Part shown: in pieces, positions 37,701 to 45,896 of the stretch
Numbering within the stretch: the stretch's first letter is position 1
How the letters are laid out: each line of letters begins with the position of its first letter
From: a virus
Taxonomy: Duplodnaviria > Caudoviricetes
Strand: one strand, 5' to 3'
Virus record (IMG/VR): IMGVR_UViG_3300028832_000123
Span: 15,508-79,507 of that record
Length of the DNA stretch: 64,000 nt
Made by a program: the position numbers and the translations under genes
The notes under the pieces: generated by a model
Database searches by the model: none
What the model saw: the letters and a program-made list of their open reading frames with translations, nothing else
Told to the model about the DNA's origin: nothing

Positions 37701-39445
37701 CCAATCAGGCTGGATATGGTCGGGAACATGGACTTGATTCCTTTGCCCATTCCGTGCCATACATCGCCAAAGGAACGTGTTGATTTAACGGTTTCCTCCT
37801 GGGCCTGTTTCAGCTGTTCTATTTTTTCAATGAGAGACTGGATAGCCATAGAACGTTCTGCAATTTGCTGTGTGTCAACCTTATTCTGGTTGATATCGTC
37901 TGCAAGAGCCTGCTTCATGCCTTCCATTTTCATAGTAAGCAGGTCAACGTTGTTATAATTATCAATAATATTCTGCACCATCTCCATGCCGTACGCACGT
38001 TGCAGATTATCGGTTGCATTTACGGTTGCAGGCACAGCGTTCAAGCTTGCAAGCTTCTGCTTTACCTCGTCCAGCGTCATACCAAATTCACGGGCCATAA
38101 TCTTCATTGCATACAACTGTTCTTCCGGAGATCCCTGACCGTGTAGCCACTGAGACATGAGCGAGTTCATGCCCATAGCCTTTTCACGTACACCATTATA
38201 AATATCCTCGAAGGAATATTTGTTCGCATAATATCCAGTAAACTTTTCTTGTGCCTTTTCTGTTGCACTTCCAAGATTGTTGGTTTCATTTACTGCTTCT
38301 TTTATTTCTTCAACAACGCCATGAATTGTCTCTTGTGCGTCAGTATATACAGTTGCAATAATAGGTTCATCTTTAATATACGGCTCCCCGACCATCTGGA
38401 AATCAGGTCTCCACCCGTTCCAGATAGAAAGTGCATTTTCTTGAGCGACACCACGGTTGATGTCTTCACCAGACATAAGTCTCATGCTTTCTTTTTTGAA
38501 CCATCCGAGTTCAGAAGAAAGCTTTGAGAACGTCTGGTACATATCCTCAAACGGATTGTATTTTATGCTTGTAACAGCATCACCGATCTCTTCCAAACGT
38601 ACTTTAAATTCGCCGGCCGCGTCGGCTGCACTGTGAATTGTTTCTTCAATCTTTACAAAGTCAGAAGAATCGGACGATGTCATACGGCTCATGGCGTCCA
38701 TGTCCATACCATAATCGTCCGGGATCCCTTTTCGTCCATGAAGCTGCAGGTTAAGTTTAAGCAGCGGTTCCCTGAAGGAAACCTTTGTCTCCTCCTGGAT
38801 ATCCTTCATCCTGTCAACAACCTGCTGATAATCAACAAGATCCTTTTTCGCCTGTTCAACCGGAGCCGTTGTGGCACTAACCATTTCATTACCATTGAAT
38901 GAACTGCTGCCCGTCACGGCCTTAATCCGTTCCATAACGTTCGCATATTCATTCAGCGCTTCAGCAAGTGCCTTGACCCCGTTTGCTTTTTTCTCAAGAC
39001 CGGAAGGAATGGACTTTGCGCCTTCACCAATGGCGGACATTGCCATTCCTGCTTTATATGCGTTATCTACATTCCACTCTCCGCCGAGAGCTTCCCTTAT
39101 TTTCGTAATCTGCGTACCGGCCTGACCGATCTTAATCCCTTCGCCGATAGCTTCCTTAATATCTTTAATCGGCTGTGCGTTAAATTTAACGCTCTCCACT
39201 TCCTTAAACGCCTTATGATAATCCTTCATGGCGTTCAGGAATGTACCGACATTTGCCAGCGCCTTGCTGTTTCCGCTGACACTCTTCGCAAATGTATTCA
39301 GGGGCTTTGAAACACCGGACAAGTTCAGCCCTGTACCGAGCGCCGTCTGAATACGAACAAGTGCGTCAGTAAGGTGATTAAGACCTTTTGATGCTGATTC
39401 AGAATCGTCATGTATTTGTAAATTCAGAACTCCAACTTCAGGCAT
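34703..39445 (-). CDS. tape measure protein
   Basis: 1580 aa, helical, TM-like middle, follows tail chaperones. Confidence 0.92.
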   Translation of the reverse strand: MPEVGVLNLQIHDDSESASKGLNHLTDALVRIQTALGTGLNLSGVSKPLNTFAKSVSGNSKALANVGTFLNAMKDYHKAFKEVESVKFNAQPIKDIKEAIGEGIKIGQAGTQITKIREALGGEWNVDNAYKAGMAMSAIGEGAKSIPSGLEKKANGVKALAEALNEYANVMERIKAVTGSSSFNGNEMVSATTAPVEQAKKDLVDYQQVVDRMKDIQEETKVSFREPLLKLNLQLHGRKGIPDDYGMDMDAMSRMTSSDSSDFVKIEETIHSAADAAGEFKVRLEEIGDAVTSIKYNPFEDMYQTFSKLSSELGWFKKESMRLMSGEDINRGVAQENALSIWNGWRPDFQMVGEPYIKDEPIIATVYTDAQETIHGVVEEIKEAVNETNNLGSATEKAQEKFTGYYANKYSFEDIYNGVREKAMGMNSLMSQWLHGQGSPEEQLYAMKIMAREFGMTLDEVKQKLASLNAVPATVNATDNLQRAYGMEMVQNIIDNYNNVDLLTMKMEGMKQALADDINQNKVDTQQIAERSMAIQSLIEKIEQLKQAQEETVKSTRSFGDVWHGMGKGIKSMFPTISSLIGRFKQIIKYRMIRSVIKHITSGFSEGLQNVYGYSKAIGGSFAPAMDSAATAINQMKNSLGAALAPAIQALVPVLNTVVNWFIQLVNYANQFFALLGGQQTWTRALPVATEAFSKQKKAAKGAGAAIKDLLADWDELNIIQSQTGGGSGAGTTTAEDYLKMFEEVNRFDNKIKDIVDFVKENFNTILTTVGLIEAGMLAWRFSKGVADVLPVLSKIALGFSSGATIALSVVLTDLTGQLYTDTGDPGWLIADALTGAVGATIAGGIAEKILAGSGIYTAAFTLALNGIVNIKNAIGAAAQQQRGRSFMLNALGAIESGIGAGLIAATAGACTAASIATGVVTGLIALTIGIALSIKAEKDAEYKQMAIDAFAAQGKDGIDPDEYLKELQAEMDRRTADSNLVVNTSITLGENTQTLNDTLESIKVLNETIKGNEKLSKKDADAFKATWDIVLETMREISEINYSTMYAGLDEAIKNGSDEIKEAAIEYKAQALKMETIMNGAHAAFEKEIRMLEDQIITGTIDEEGLKRYKELYEMLAEETETGLDKFRVALSEGMRFDFGSEDPIGKAVEFIKSMGNDTIQPALEAAEAQYNAEMESLEQSRKDLEKYHDKGFIKDDQYNDMKAFYDSMESFYFTRWEDQKKEINNSVNDALSALVEQSVAGYLELDSSDERALKSYVDNVFVPLEKAMEEAGLAVPEKLKQYIARNGKEVWKTDVAEQYAAGSKEALYETFYDEMMAGNIDDALKFSVAYELDLINKDPNYLTDETRKEIVNALEEAFADPTRIIQELKETLGWSYEDILNAFDFSKLDESEVSEITSLFESLREAETEALQYRTKIDPSKSDYLSWGEYTEEIEKVTKSYDELIKKIREYNGEDINNSGKLEGITPEINTANLVPVRLSASAGFNYSDTSYNNYTPSDTTVKTEPNDPQAEASTVAAGVQRGSADMVAQLATCVSLLSQLLQKEWNINVTPNSGWGEHNAKSNAAWTKMVGWEATPE

Positions 39446-39478
39446 AGTCTTATCCTCCTTGCTGACGCACCCGTATTC

Positions 39479-39988
39479 TTACTGCCCAGTGCTTTCCTGC
39501 TTTTGTTTCTCTGCCTTGCGGATAATGTTGCCGTTCATTCTGGCAACCATCTGCTGGAACAGAGACATCGCAAGTTTCGACTGGTCTTCTTCTTTCTTCT
39601 TCCGTTCTTCCTCTTCAGTCTTCAAAGCAGCCTTCCGTTCCTCATCAGCCTTTACCATATACGGTCTGTCCGTATACTCCGGCGGATCGGTTAGCTTTTT
39701 GACGGGTACAGCTGCAACCTGCATCTGTACCGTGTGAAGAGCTTCTCGGATGTAGTGACCCATGTTCCATGCGTTCCGGTCAGAGATCCGCATTTCATTC
39801 TCCATGCGGATCTGATAGGCTTTACGGAAAGCCCGACGTATGCCGGACTCTCCGTGCCAGAACTGTTCATAGGTCATGCCGATTGCCATATATTGCGGAA
39901 GAAGTTCATCGAACAAGTCTCCATACGGGGTTTTACTCGTCCGCCTGGATCGTTCAGGTTGTCCTTCTTCCGTCAGACAACTTCCCAC
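39479..39988 (-). CDS. tail assembly chaperone, C-terminal frameshift product
   Basis: F.E..P.Y.AIGMTYEQFW motif; -1 frame overlap with the upstream chaperone. Confidence 0.65.
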   Translation of the reverse strand: MGSCLTEEGQPERSRRTSKTPYGDLFDELLPQYMAIGMTYEQFWHGESGIRRAFRKAYQIRMENEMRISDRNAWNMGHYIREALHTVQMQVAAVPVKKLTDPPEYTDRPYMVKADEERKAALKTEEEERKKKEEDQSKLAMSLFQQMVARMNGNIIRKAEKQKQESTGQ

Positions 39989-40371
39989 GTAGGGTCGTCA
40001 TCCTCTTTCGCCCCCTTCGGGTCTTCGAGAAATTCCTTCACCGGATTCATGTACAGCGCAACCAGTTTCGCCAGCAGTTCCGGCTTGTGGGTCTGGTGGT
40101 CCCAGATCTTCTCGATCCGTTCAGTGGTGATCTTGCCGTTGTAGCGTGAACGGAATGCGCCGGAGAACAGTGCTTCAGCCGTGGTGACAGGGAAATCCAT
40201 GTCAACCTTAAAGCCGTTCCGCTCCATAGCCTTCACAACATGGGGCGTAAACTCCAGGGTGTAGCGGTTGCCCCACTCGTCCTTCACTACCAGGGCACTG
40301 ATCTTTTCCTCTTCAGGGGCGGTGTTTTCCATGTTCTCTACTGCCTTTGCAGTCTTTTCATTCGCAGCCAT
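39973..40371 (-). CDS. tail assembly chaperone
   Basis: between the major tail and TMP genes; YTLEFT...LF.GAF. Confidence 0.75.
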   Translation of the reverse strand: MAANEKTAKAVENMENTAPEEEKISALVVKDEWGNRYTLEFTPHVVKAMERNGFKVDMDFPVTTAEALFSGAFRSRYNGKITTERIEKIWDHQTHKPELLAKLVALYMNPVKEFLEDPKGAKEDDDPTWEVV

Positions 40372-40462
40372 AGTCTGCCTTCCTTTCTCGCCCGATATTT
40401 CAGGCATCGTAAATAATATTTATGGAAAGGGGGAGAAGAGGACCTCCTCCCCCTGCCATACG

Positions 40463-40909
40463 TTAGTTGGACGCAAACACAACAACCGTAGAGGGAGTTG
40501 CGCTGATGGTCATACCGACCGCTTCGTTGACGCCACCGCCGGAGACACCCGCAGAGACCTCACCAGTCCAGGTGAACTTGCCGTTGTGACCGTCGGGGAT
40601 TTCGTTACCGCCGGTACCGGAAGCACCGAACCAAATGGCGTACTCGTACTGGTGACCTTCCAGAGACACGATCTTGGCGTAGTTTTCAGGGGTGTAGTTT
40701 GCTCCCAGAGTAAACTCGGCTGTATCACCGATACCCTGAATGAAAACCCTCATGTAGTCGGACAGCGTCGTGATATCGATACGGTCCTTCGGGGGAATCA
40801 GGTCGGGGAAGTTGGTGATGTCGATGACCTTCGCAAAGGTGCCGGAAGTCGTGGAGCGGTACATAAAGTAAGTCTGATACGTGGAAATACCTTTCTGACC
40901 TGCTGCCAT
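40463..40909 (-). CDS. major tail tube protein
   Basis: IDITNFPDL...IDITTLSD....I.GI.D...FT..ANY; GGGVNEAV. Confidence 0.88.
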   Translation of the reverse strand: MAAGQKGISTYQTYFMYRSTTSGTFAKVIDITNFPDLIPPKDRIDITTLSDYMRVFIQGIGDTAEFTLGANYTPENYAKIVSLEGHQYEYAIWFGASGTGGNEIPDGHNGKFTWTGEVSAGVSGGGVNEAVGMTISATPSTVVVFASN

Positions 40910-41021
40910 AGCTTTATCTCTCCTTTCACAAAAGACTTTGGATGTAAAAACGCATGAAAGCGTGGATAAAATCCAATCCCGCAGTCATGCGTCTACAATG
41001 TGTTTAATTCGGCGGTATATA

Positions 41022-41414
41022 TCAGATCCTGTACAGGTTTCCGTCCCTGTCCACAACTGCTTCATACCGTCCAACCCACCGTTTTACTTTCGGGTTGTCG
41101 AGGTTCGGAATGAACTGTCCGCTCATCCTCGTGAAGTTCATTGCGATCATTTCCTTGTCAGCGAGCCTTGCAAGCTTTTTTGTGGTTTCCCGTTTACCCG
41201 CAAAAAACTCAAGCTGATAGGTGATCAGTGAATAATTTTCCACCGGAGTGGAAGTCTGGAGCCGACGCACAGTGGCGTTGTCCATTTCGTACAGGCATCC
41301 GGCAGGTAGCTTTGCAAGAGTCTCCGGCGTGTCGGAAATAAACTGATTATCCGCACAGTACTTGGCAACCTTGTCATAAACTCTCGTGAATATTTTCACT
41401 TCGTAGTCGTTCAT
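41022..41414 (-). CDS. tail terminator protein
   Basis: synteny; FP-like CLYEMDN...YQLEFF. Confidence 0.7.
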   Translation of the reverse strand: MNDYEVKIFTRVYDKVAKYCADNQFISDTPETLAKLPAGCLYEMDNATVRRLQTSTPVENYSLITYQLEFFAGKRETTKKLARLADKEMIAMNFTRMSGQFIPNLDNPKVKRWVGRYEAVVDRDGNLYRI

Positions 41415-41427
41415 GGTTGCTCACTCC

Positions 41428-41934
41428 TTATGGGATGTATTCAGCGATCACCTTTCCGCCTATCGCCTCGGCCTCATCCTGCAAGTCCCGCAATGTGTTG
41501 TACATAAACGGCCTTGCCGCCATACCTGCCGTCCAGTGAAACTGTCCGTCATATCCCCTGTATACCCAGCCGTCAAGTCCATGCCCTTTCGAGTCGTACT
41601 GGTAACCGTTCGGCTCCGGATGCGACTGTATCGATCCGACAACGCCGGTTCCGTATTCCACGAATACTGCGTACATGACTCCTGTGGTGATAATGCCTTC
41701 CTTGTCGTTCAGCATTGCTGCCTGAAGGCTGTCAGACAAAGCACCGGAATCGTATGCAGGGTTCCAGAACATGATCAGTTCTGCCTTGGCGATCTCCACG
41801 CCTTTTTCGATAAGCGTTTCAATCAGGTTAGTCATGGCTGAAGACAGCTGGTTCCGAAAGTCCTTAATCGCCTGAATTGCATGGGCTACAGACGCAGGAT
41901 CGAGCGTCATGTCAATGGTCTTCAGCACAATCAC
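41428..41934 (-). CDS. HK97 gp10-like neck protein
   Basis: YAVFVEYGTG..G; GMAARPFMY. Confidence 0.8.
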   Translation of the reverse strand: MIVLKTIDMTLDPASVAHAIQAIKDFRNQLSSAMTNLIETLIEKGVEIAKAELIMFWNPAYDSGALSDSLQAAMLNDKEGIITTGVMYAVFVEYGTGVVGSIQSHPEPNGYQYDSKGHGLDGWVYRGYDGQFHWTAGMAARPFMYNTLRDLQDEAEAIGGKVIAEYIP

Positions 41935-42338
41935 GGTTCATCACCGTCCGGAATCGGAATCTCTTCCTCTTCAACGTCAGGAATTGGAATCTCTTCCTGT
42001 TCAACCGTCATCATTCGCAATGCAATGTTCTTCACATTGGTAGTGTCTGCTACTGCACGAACCTCATACTTGTTCCCCTTCCACAGGATGTAACCGTCCT
42101 CTTTGATGTCGGCGCTCACGTTTGCCATGACGAGCACGTGCGTGTACCGGAGGTCCCGCCCATAAAATTGCGGGTTGGTATGCCCACTCGCTGCGGATAT
42201 CGATCCGTGGTACGTTACGGGGTTTCCGTACACGGGATTCGGCTCGCCTGTATGGTCGCCGTCTCCATTGAGATCGGAGCCACGCCCGATGCAAGGGAAG
42301 TATTTAAAGGTCTTCTGGTCTCGCCTTAATCCTCTCAT
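41931..42338 (-). CDS. head closure/stopper protein
   Basis: synteny; C-terminal IPIPD repeat. Confidence 0.7.
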   Translation of the reverse strand: MRGLRRDQKTFKYFPCIGRGSDLNGDGDHTGEPNPVYGNPVTYHGSISAASGHTNPQFYGRDLRYTHVLVMANVSADIKEDGYILWKGNKYEVRAVADTTNVKNIALRMMTVEQEEIPIPDVEEEEIPIPDGDEP

Positions 42339-42350
42339 GCCGCCACCGCC

Positions 42351-42689
42351 TTAAATGACAACCTTGGCGAATGGTACGATTTCTTTCAGCATTTGTTCAG
42401 GCACATCAGAGGAACCGTAGTTTCTGTGGACTCCGTTCTCAATATGCTGAATTTCACCTTCCGCACCACGCTTTTCAAGCCAGTAACAGCTTATGCGAAG
42501 CTGGAGGTTGTCGTACCTTGACGGCATCGTTTTGCCGTTCGCCTGTCCTTCAAAAGGATAGAGCTTTGACATGATGAGGGCTTCAGCGTCATCGAGGTAG
42601 TCTCCGAGAATATCAGGTTCAGTGAACTGATCGGGATCCACATCCTCAAGACGTCTGCGGAGCCGTTCAATCTTCTGGTCCCTTGTCAT
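42351..42689 (-). CDS. head-tail connector
   Basis: KRGAEGE..H.ENGV.R.Y motif. Confidence 0.8.
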   Translation of the reverse strand: MTRDQKIERLRRRLEDVDPDQFTEPDILGDYLDDAEALIMSKLYPFEGQANGKTMPSRYDNLQLRISCYWLEKRGAEGEIQHIENGVHRNYGSSDVPEQMLKEIVPFAKVVI

Positions 42690-42704
42690 CTCGGATCACT
42701 CCTT

Positions 42705-42944
42705 TCATTCGCTTGCTTTTTTCCGGCGGGGTGCAGCTTTCGGCTTTTCCTTGGGTTCCTCCGGCGCTTTCTCTGCTTCGACAGGCTTCTCTTCCTTTAC
42801 CGGAGCGGGCTGGGTGGCAGGTTCCCCTACCACCGCAACCATATCTCCCAGTTCAGGAACGGCAGTCTGATCGACATCGAAAATCTCGCCAGCATGGTAC
42901 CAGTCTCCGTCATACTTGACGTTGGTTTTCGCCTGGACTTTCAT
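42705..42944 (-). CDS. small head-associated protein
   Basis: VKYDG.WY.AGE.F plus an A/P/K/E-rich tail. Confidence 0.65.
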   Translation of the reverse strand: MKVQAKTNVKYDGDWYHAGEIFDVDQTAVPELGDMVAVVGEPATQPAPVKEEKPVEAEKAPEEPKEKPKAAPRRKKASE

Positions 42945-42960
42945 TCCCGTTCCTCCGATC

Positions 42961-44031
42961 TTAATAAACCTTCAGCAGGGCCACCTGGTCCATCTGCTCA
43001 TAGCTGGGCAGGATGATCTCGGACACGATGGTGTTGATGTTCACCGGATGCGGTTCGGTAATCTGGGTAACGGCGACACCGGTATCCACGATAGCCACAT
43101 CAGCCATGTTGGAGCTGATCAGGTCAGCTTCTTCAGGCGTGGTGCCCAGATAAGTGGTGCCCAGAGTGCTGTCCGGCAGGATGGCAACATAGCCATCGGG
43201 GACGAACTTGAAGGTGTGCTTGTTCTCGTTCTGGTACTTCTTGTCATAAACCAGAAGCTCCAGTTCGGCGCTGTCACGCAGGACCTTCTGCATATCGGAG
43301 TCGGTGGGGTTCGCCACTGCAACACCTGAAGTGGTGATGAACCGATTCAGAAGAGCCTTGTTGCCACGCAGGGTGCGCAGGGTGGCACTGTTCATAGCCA
43401 TGATGGCAGCCTGACCGCCCTTGTCGCTGATGGCGTCCTTACCCTGCTGAATATCAGCCAGAGGATCGGAGTGGTCCTTGTCGTCCCACTTGCTTGTGCC
43501 GGCCAGGGCAAAGTAGTTGGTGCGCTTCCAATCGCCGTCGGGGTCGTAGTTGTAGGTGTAGTCCACACCGTTTGCCACGATGGAGATACCCACGTTGCCG
43601 TTCTCGGCAAACAGGAGCTGCATGCGCATCCGCTCGCCCACGACCCGTGCGCCCTCGATCAGCTGATCGGCATCATCGAACACCTTGGCGATGATTTCAC
43701 GCACATAGGGGTTGGAGCTGTCCATCGCCTGGAGGATGTTCTGACGGTCCTTTTCCTTGATCTTGAAGCCTTCACGGAAGAAGGGCATTTCGCTCTCGAT
43801 CTTGGAAACGCCCATCCGGTCACGGTAGGTGGCCTTGGCGTCAAATGCGCTGGGCATCAGAGAAATCGGCAGTCCCTTGGAGCCTTTGAACCAGCTCAGA
43901 TCGAGACCGGCCTTCTGCTGACGGGGGAACAGAGCTTCGCCGATATATGCGTCGTTGGAAGTCTGCGCTTCAGTCCAGTGCATACTGATGGCTTCGGGGG
44001 ATACAATCGTTTTAAAAGCGTTGAAATCCAT
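42961..44031 (-). CDS. major capsid protein (Phage_cap_E-like)
   Basis: LFP...GLDLSW.KG..GLP..L.PS.FD; size and synteny. Confidence 0.9.
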   Translation of the reverse strand: MDFNAFKTIVSPEAISMHWTEAQTSNDAYIGEALFPRQQKAGLDLSWFKGSKGLPISLMPSAFDAKATYRDRMGVSKIESEMPFFREGFKIKEKDRQNILQAMDSSNPYVREIIAKVFDDADQLIEGARVVGERMRMQLLFAENGNVGISIVANGVDYTYNYDPDGDWKRTNYFALAGTSKWDDKDHSDPLADIQQGKDAISDKGGQAAIMAMNSATLRTLRGNKALLNRFITTSGVAVANPTDSDMQKVLRDSAELELLVYDKKYQNENKHTFKFVPDGYVAILPDSTLGTTYLGTTPEEADLISSNMADVAIVDTGVAVTQITEPHPVNINTIVSEIILPSYEQMDQVALLKVY

Positions 44032-44058
44032 AGTTGTTATCTCCTTTCATTGGATTTG

Positions 44059-44703
44059 TTATTCTGGCCATTGCACGTGCCGGAGCATATGTCCGCATCC
44101 AACCCGTGCATCCGCATAAATTGAAATTCCGTTGGCTCTGCACTGTGAGCAGAAGTACAGGTCTTCACTCAACATGCCACGGTTTTCGTTTCCGTAATTC
44201 ACCCAGTCATACCAGGGATACGAAAGCGTCTGGAAGATGCTTGTGCGAATAAGAGCACATCCCATTCCACCGCCGTGGATCTCAAAAGCTGTTACGCCGT
44301 TCTCCTGCATTTCGTGCAGTTCTTCCGCTGTGTATTCCGATTCAAGCGGATAGTGGTAATACTCTTTGCCGTCTGCGTCCTTCAGCTTACAGGCGCACGT
44401 TCTTCCGTGATACAGGTTATCAGACCCCCTGTGGGCGTAATAACCGATACAAACGTCTTTATCATTTTCCAGAAGGCACATCAGTGCATTCCTCGGAAGA
44501 ACAACGTCGTTATCGACCATCAACACATATCCTGCGTTCAGATTGATAGCCTTCTGTGCGATCTTGTTCCGTGCAGTGGCTACGTCATAGCCACGCACAG
44601 ACTCGAACAACACTTCATGATCGCCTTTATCCAGATCCCACAGTGATTTGTAGGTGTCCGGAAAGATGGTCTCGTACGTCGGTACGGCAATAAGTATTCT
44701 CAT
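44059..44703 (-). CDS. GT-A fold glycosyltransferase
   Basis: ILIAVPTY, ARNKI, MVDND (DxD), GMGCALI, SEDLYFC, C-terminal GH. Confidence 0.88.
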   Translation of the reverse strand: MRILIAVPTYETIFPDTYKSLWDLDKGDHEVLFESVRGYDVATARNKIAQKAINLNAGYVLMVDNDVVLPRNALMCLLENDKDVCIGYYAHRGSDNLYHGRTCACKLKDADGKEYYHYPLESEYTAEELHEMQENGVTAFEIHGGGMGCALIRTSIFQTLSYPWYDWVNYGNENRGMLSEDLYFCSQCRANGISIYADARVGCGHMLRHVQWPE

Positions 44704-44717
44704 CGGTTAACCTCCGA

Positions 44718-45092
44718 TCAGGTTTCTCCGGTTTCTCCGGTAGCACCAGTCTCGCCTTCGACAGCGCTGATGTTGGTCCGGAACACGATTCCGGGCAGTG
44801 CTTCATACAGCGCAGACACATAGGTCACACCGCTGTGAGCCTGTGCCTTGGTGGAGTCGATGACAGCCTGAACCACGGCAGCGCCATTGGGGTTCGCAGC
44901 GGTATCTACGTCATACAGCAGGATACCGACAGCGCCGGAGCCAGTAGTTGCTTCGCCGGCAGCGGTCAGGGGAGTGCCACCCTTAACGATGGTTCCGCTT
45001 CCAGGAGTAGCCACTTTGATCGGGATACTCACGGGGTTGGTGCAAGCCAGCCATTCAACGCTTCCGCCGATTACGGTCTTCGTAAATTTCAT
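44718..45092 (-). CDS. head decoration protein with a C-terminal Gly-X-Thr tail
   Basis: IVKGGTPL...AVGILLYDVD; ends GETGATGETGET. Confidence 0.8.
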   Translation of the reverse strand: MKFTKTVIGGSVEWLACTNPVSIPIKVATPGSGTIVKGGTPLTAAGEATTGSGAVGILLYDVDTAANPNGAAVVQAVIDSTKAQAHSGVTYVSALYEALPGIVFRTNISAVEGETGATGETGET

Positions 45093-45135
45093 GAAACATT
45101 TCTCCTTTCGTCAGGTTTTCATATTGGTGTCATCC

Positions 45136-45813
45136 TTACCGGATGAAACTCTGCAACTGACTACGAATAGAATTTCCTCTACCCGCCTTCTGCTGACCGA
45201 GTTCTTTTGCCAGTTTCAGGGCTTCCTGCTTTTCACGGTCCTCGGAACCGCCACCTGCTCCGGGCGGGGGCACTTTGCCGAACTCAACCCGCAGGGCTTT
45301 TTCCTTCGCATCCCATGCCTGTTTGATCAGAAGCAGAGCGTTCTCGACGTTCTCGCATCCGACCAGGCTTTCAGCGATGTTTCCGGCGGTAGCTTCATCC
45401 ACTCCGAGATTGCCCATAACGGACTTGGTCGCCTTAATACGGGACACCTCCCGCTCAAGCTCTGCCACATGCTGGGCAGCCTTTTCCTCGGCTTCCTTCT
45501 TATTCGCAGCGTCAATCTCTTCTTGAGTCTGCTTGGTGCGCAGTTCCTTTTTGTACTGGGCGGCTTCGCTGGTAGCCTTATCAAGGGCTGCCTTCTGCTT
45601 CGCCATGTCGGCTTCCATCTGCTTAATCTTCGCAGCCAGATCCTCTCCGCCACCTTCGGGCTTCGTCTCTCCGGCAGGGGACGCAGGTTCTGCACTTGCG
45701 CCAGTACTTTCGCCGGCAGGAGCTGTCTCTCCACCAGCGGTTTCTCCTCCTGTTTCAGCAAAAAACTGAAGGTTCAGAGGAAGCATTCCTTTTCGTTCCA
45801 GTTCCATTCTCAT
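45136..45813 (-). CDS. capsid scaffolding protein (DUF4355-like)
   Basis: LNLQFFAE N-terminal motif, coiled coil, P..GGG C-terminus. Confidence 0.85.
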   Translation of the reverse strand: MRMELERKGMLPLNLQFFAETGGETAGGETAPAGESTGASAEPASPAGETKPEGGGEDLAAKIKQMEADMAKQKAALDKATSEAAQYKKELRTKQTQEEIDAANKKEAEEKAAQHVAELEREVSRIKATKSVMGNLGVDEATAGNIAESLVGCENVENALLLIKQAWDAKEKALRVEFGKVPPPGAGGGSEDREKQEALKLAKELGQQKAGRGNSIRSQLQSFIR

Positions 45814-45819
45814 TCTCCT

Positions 45820-45870
45820 TTGCGGTTATAGTCTTCTCTGACTGTATTGCGGTTATAGTCTTCTCTGACT
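45820..45870. repeat. 24-bp direct repeat upstream of the scaffold gene
   Basis: TTGCGGTTATAGTCTTCTCTGACT at 45820 and 45847. Confidence 0.9.
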
Positions 45871-45896
45871 TTATGAAAACAGACTTCAGTCTGTAA

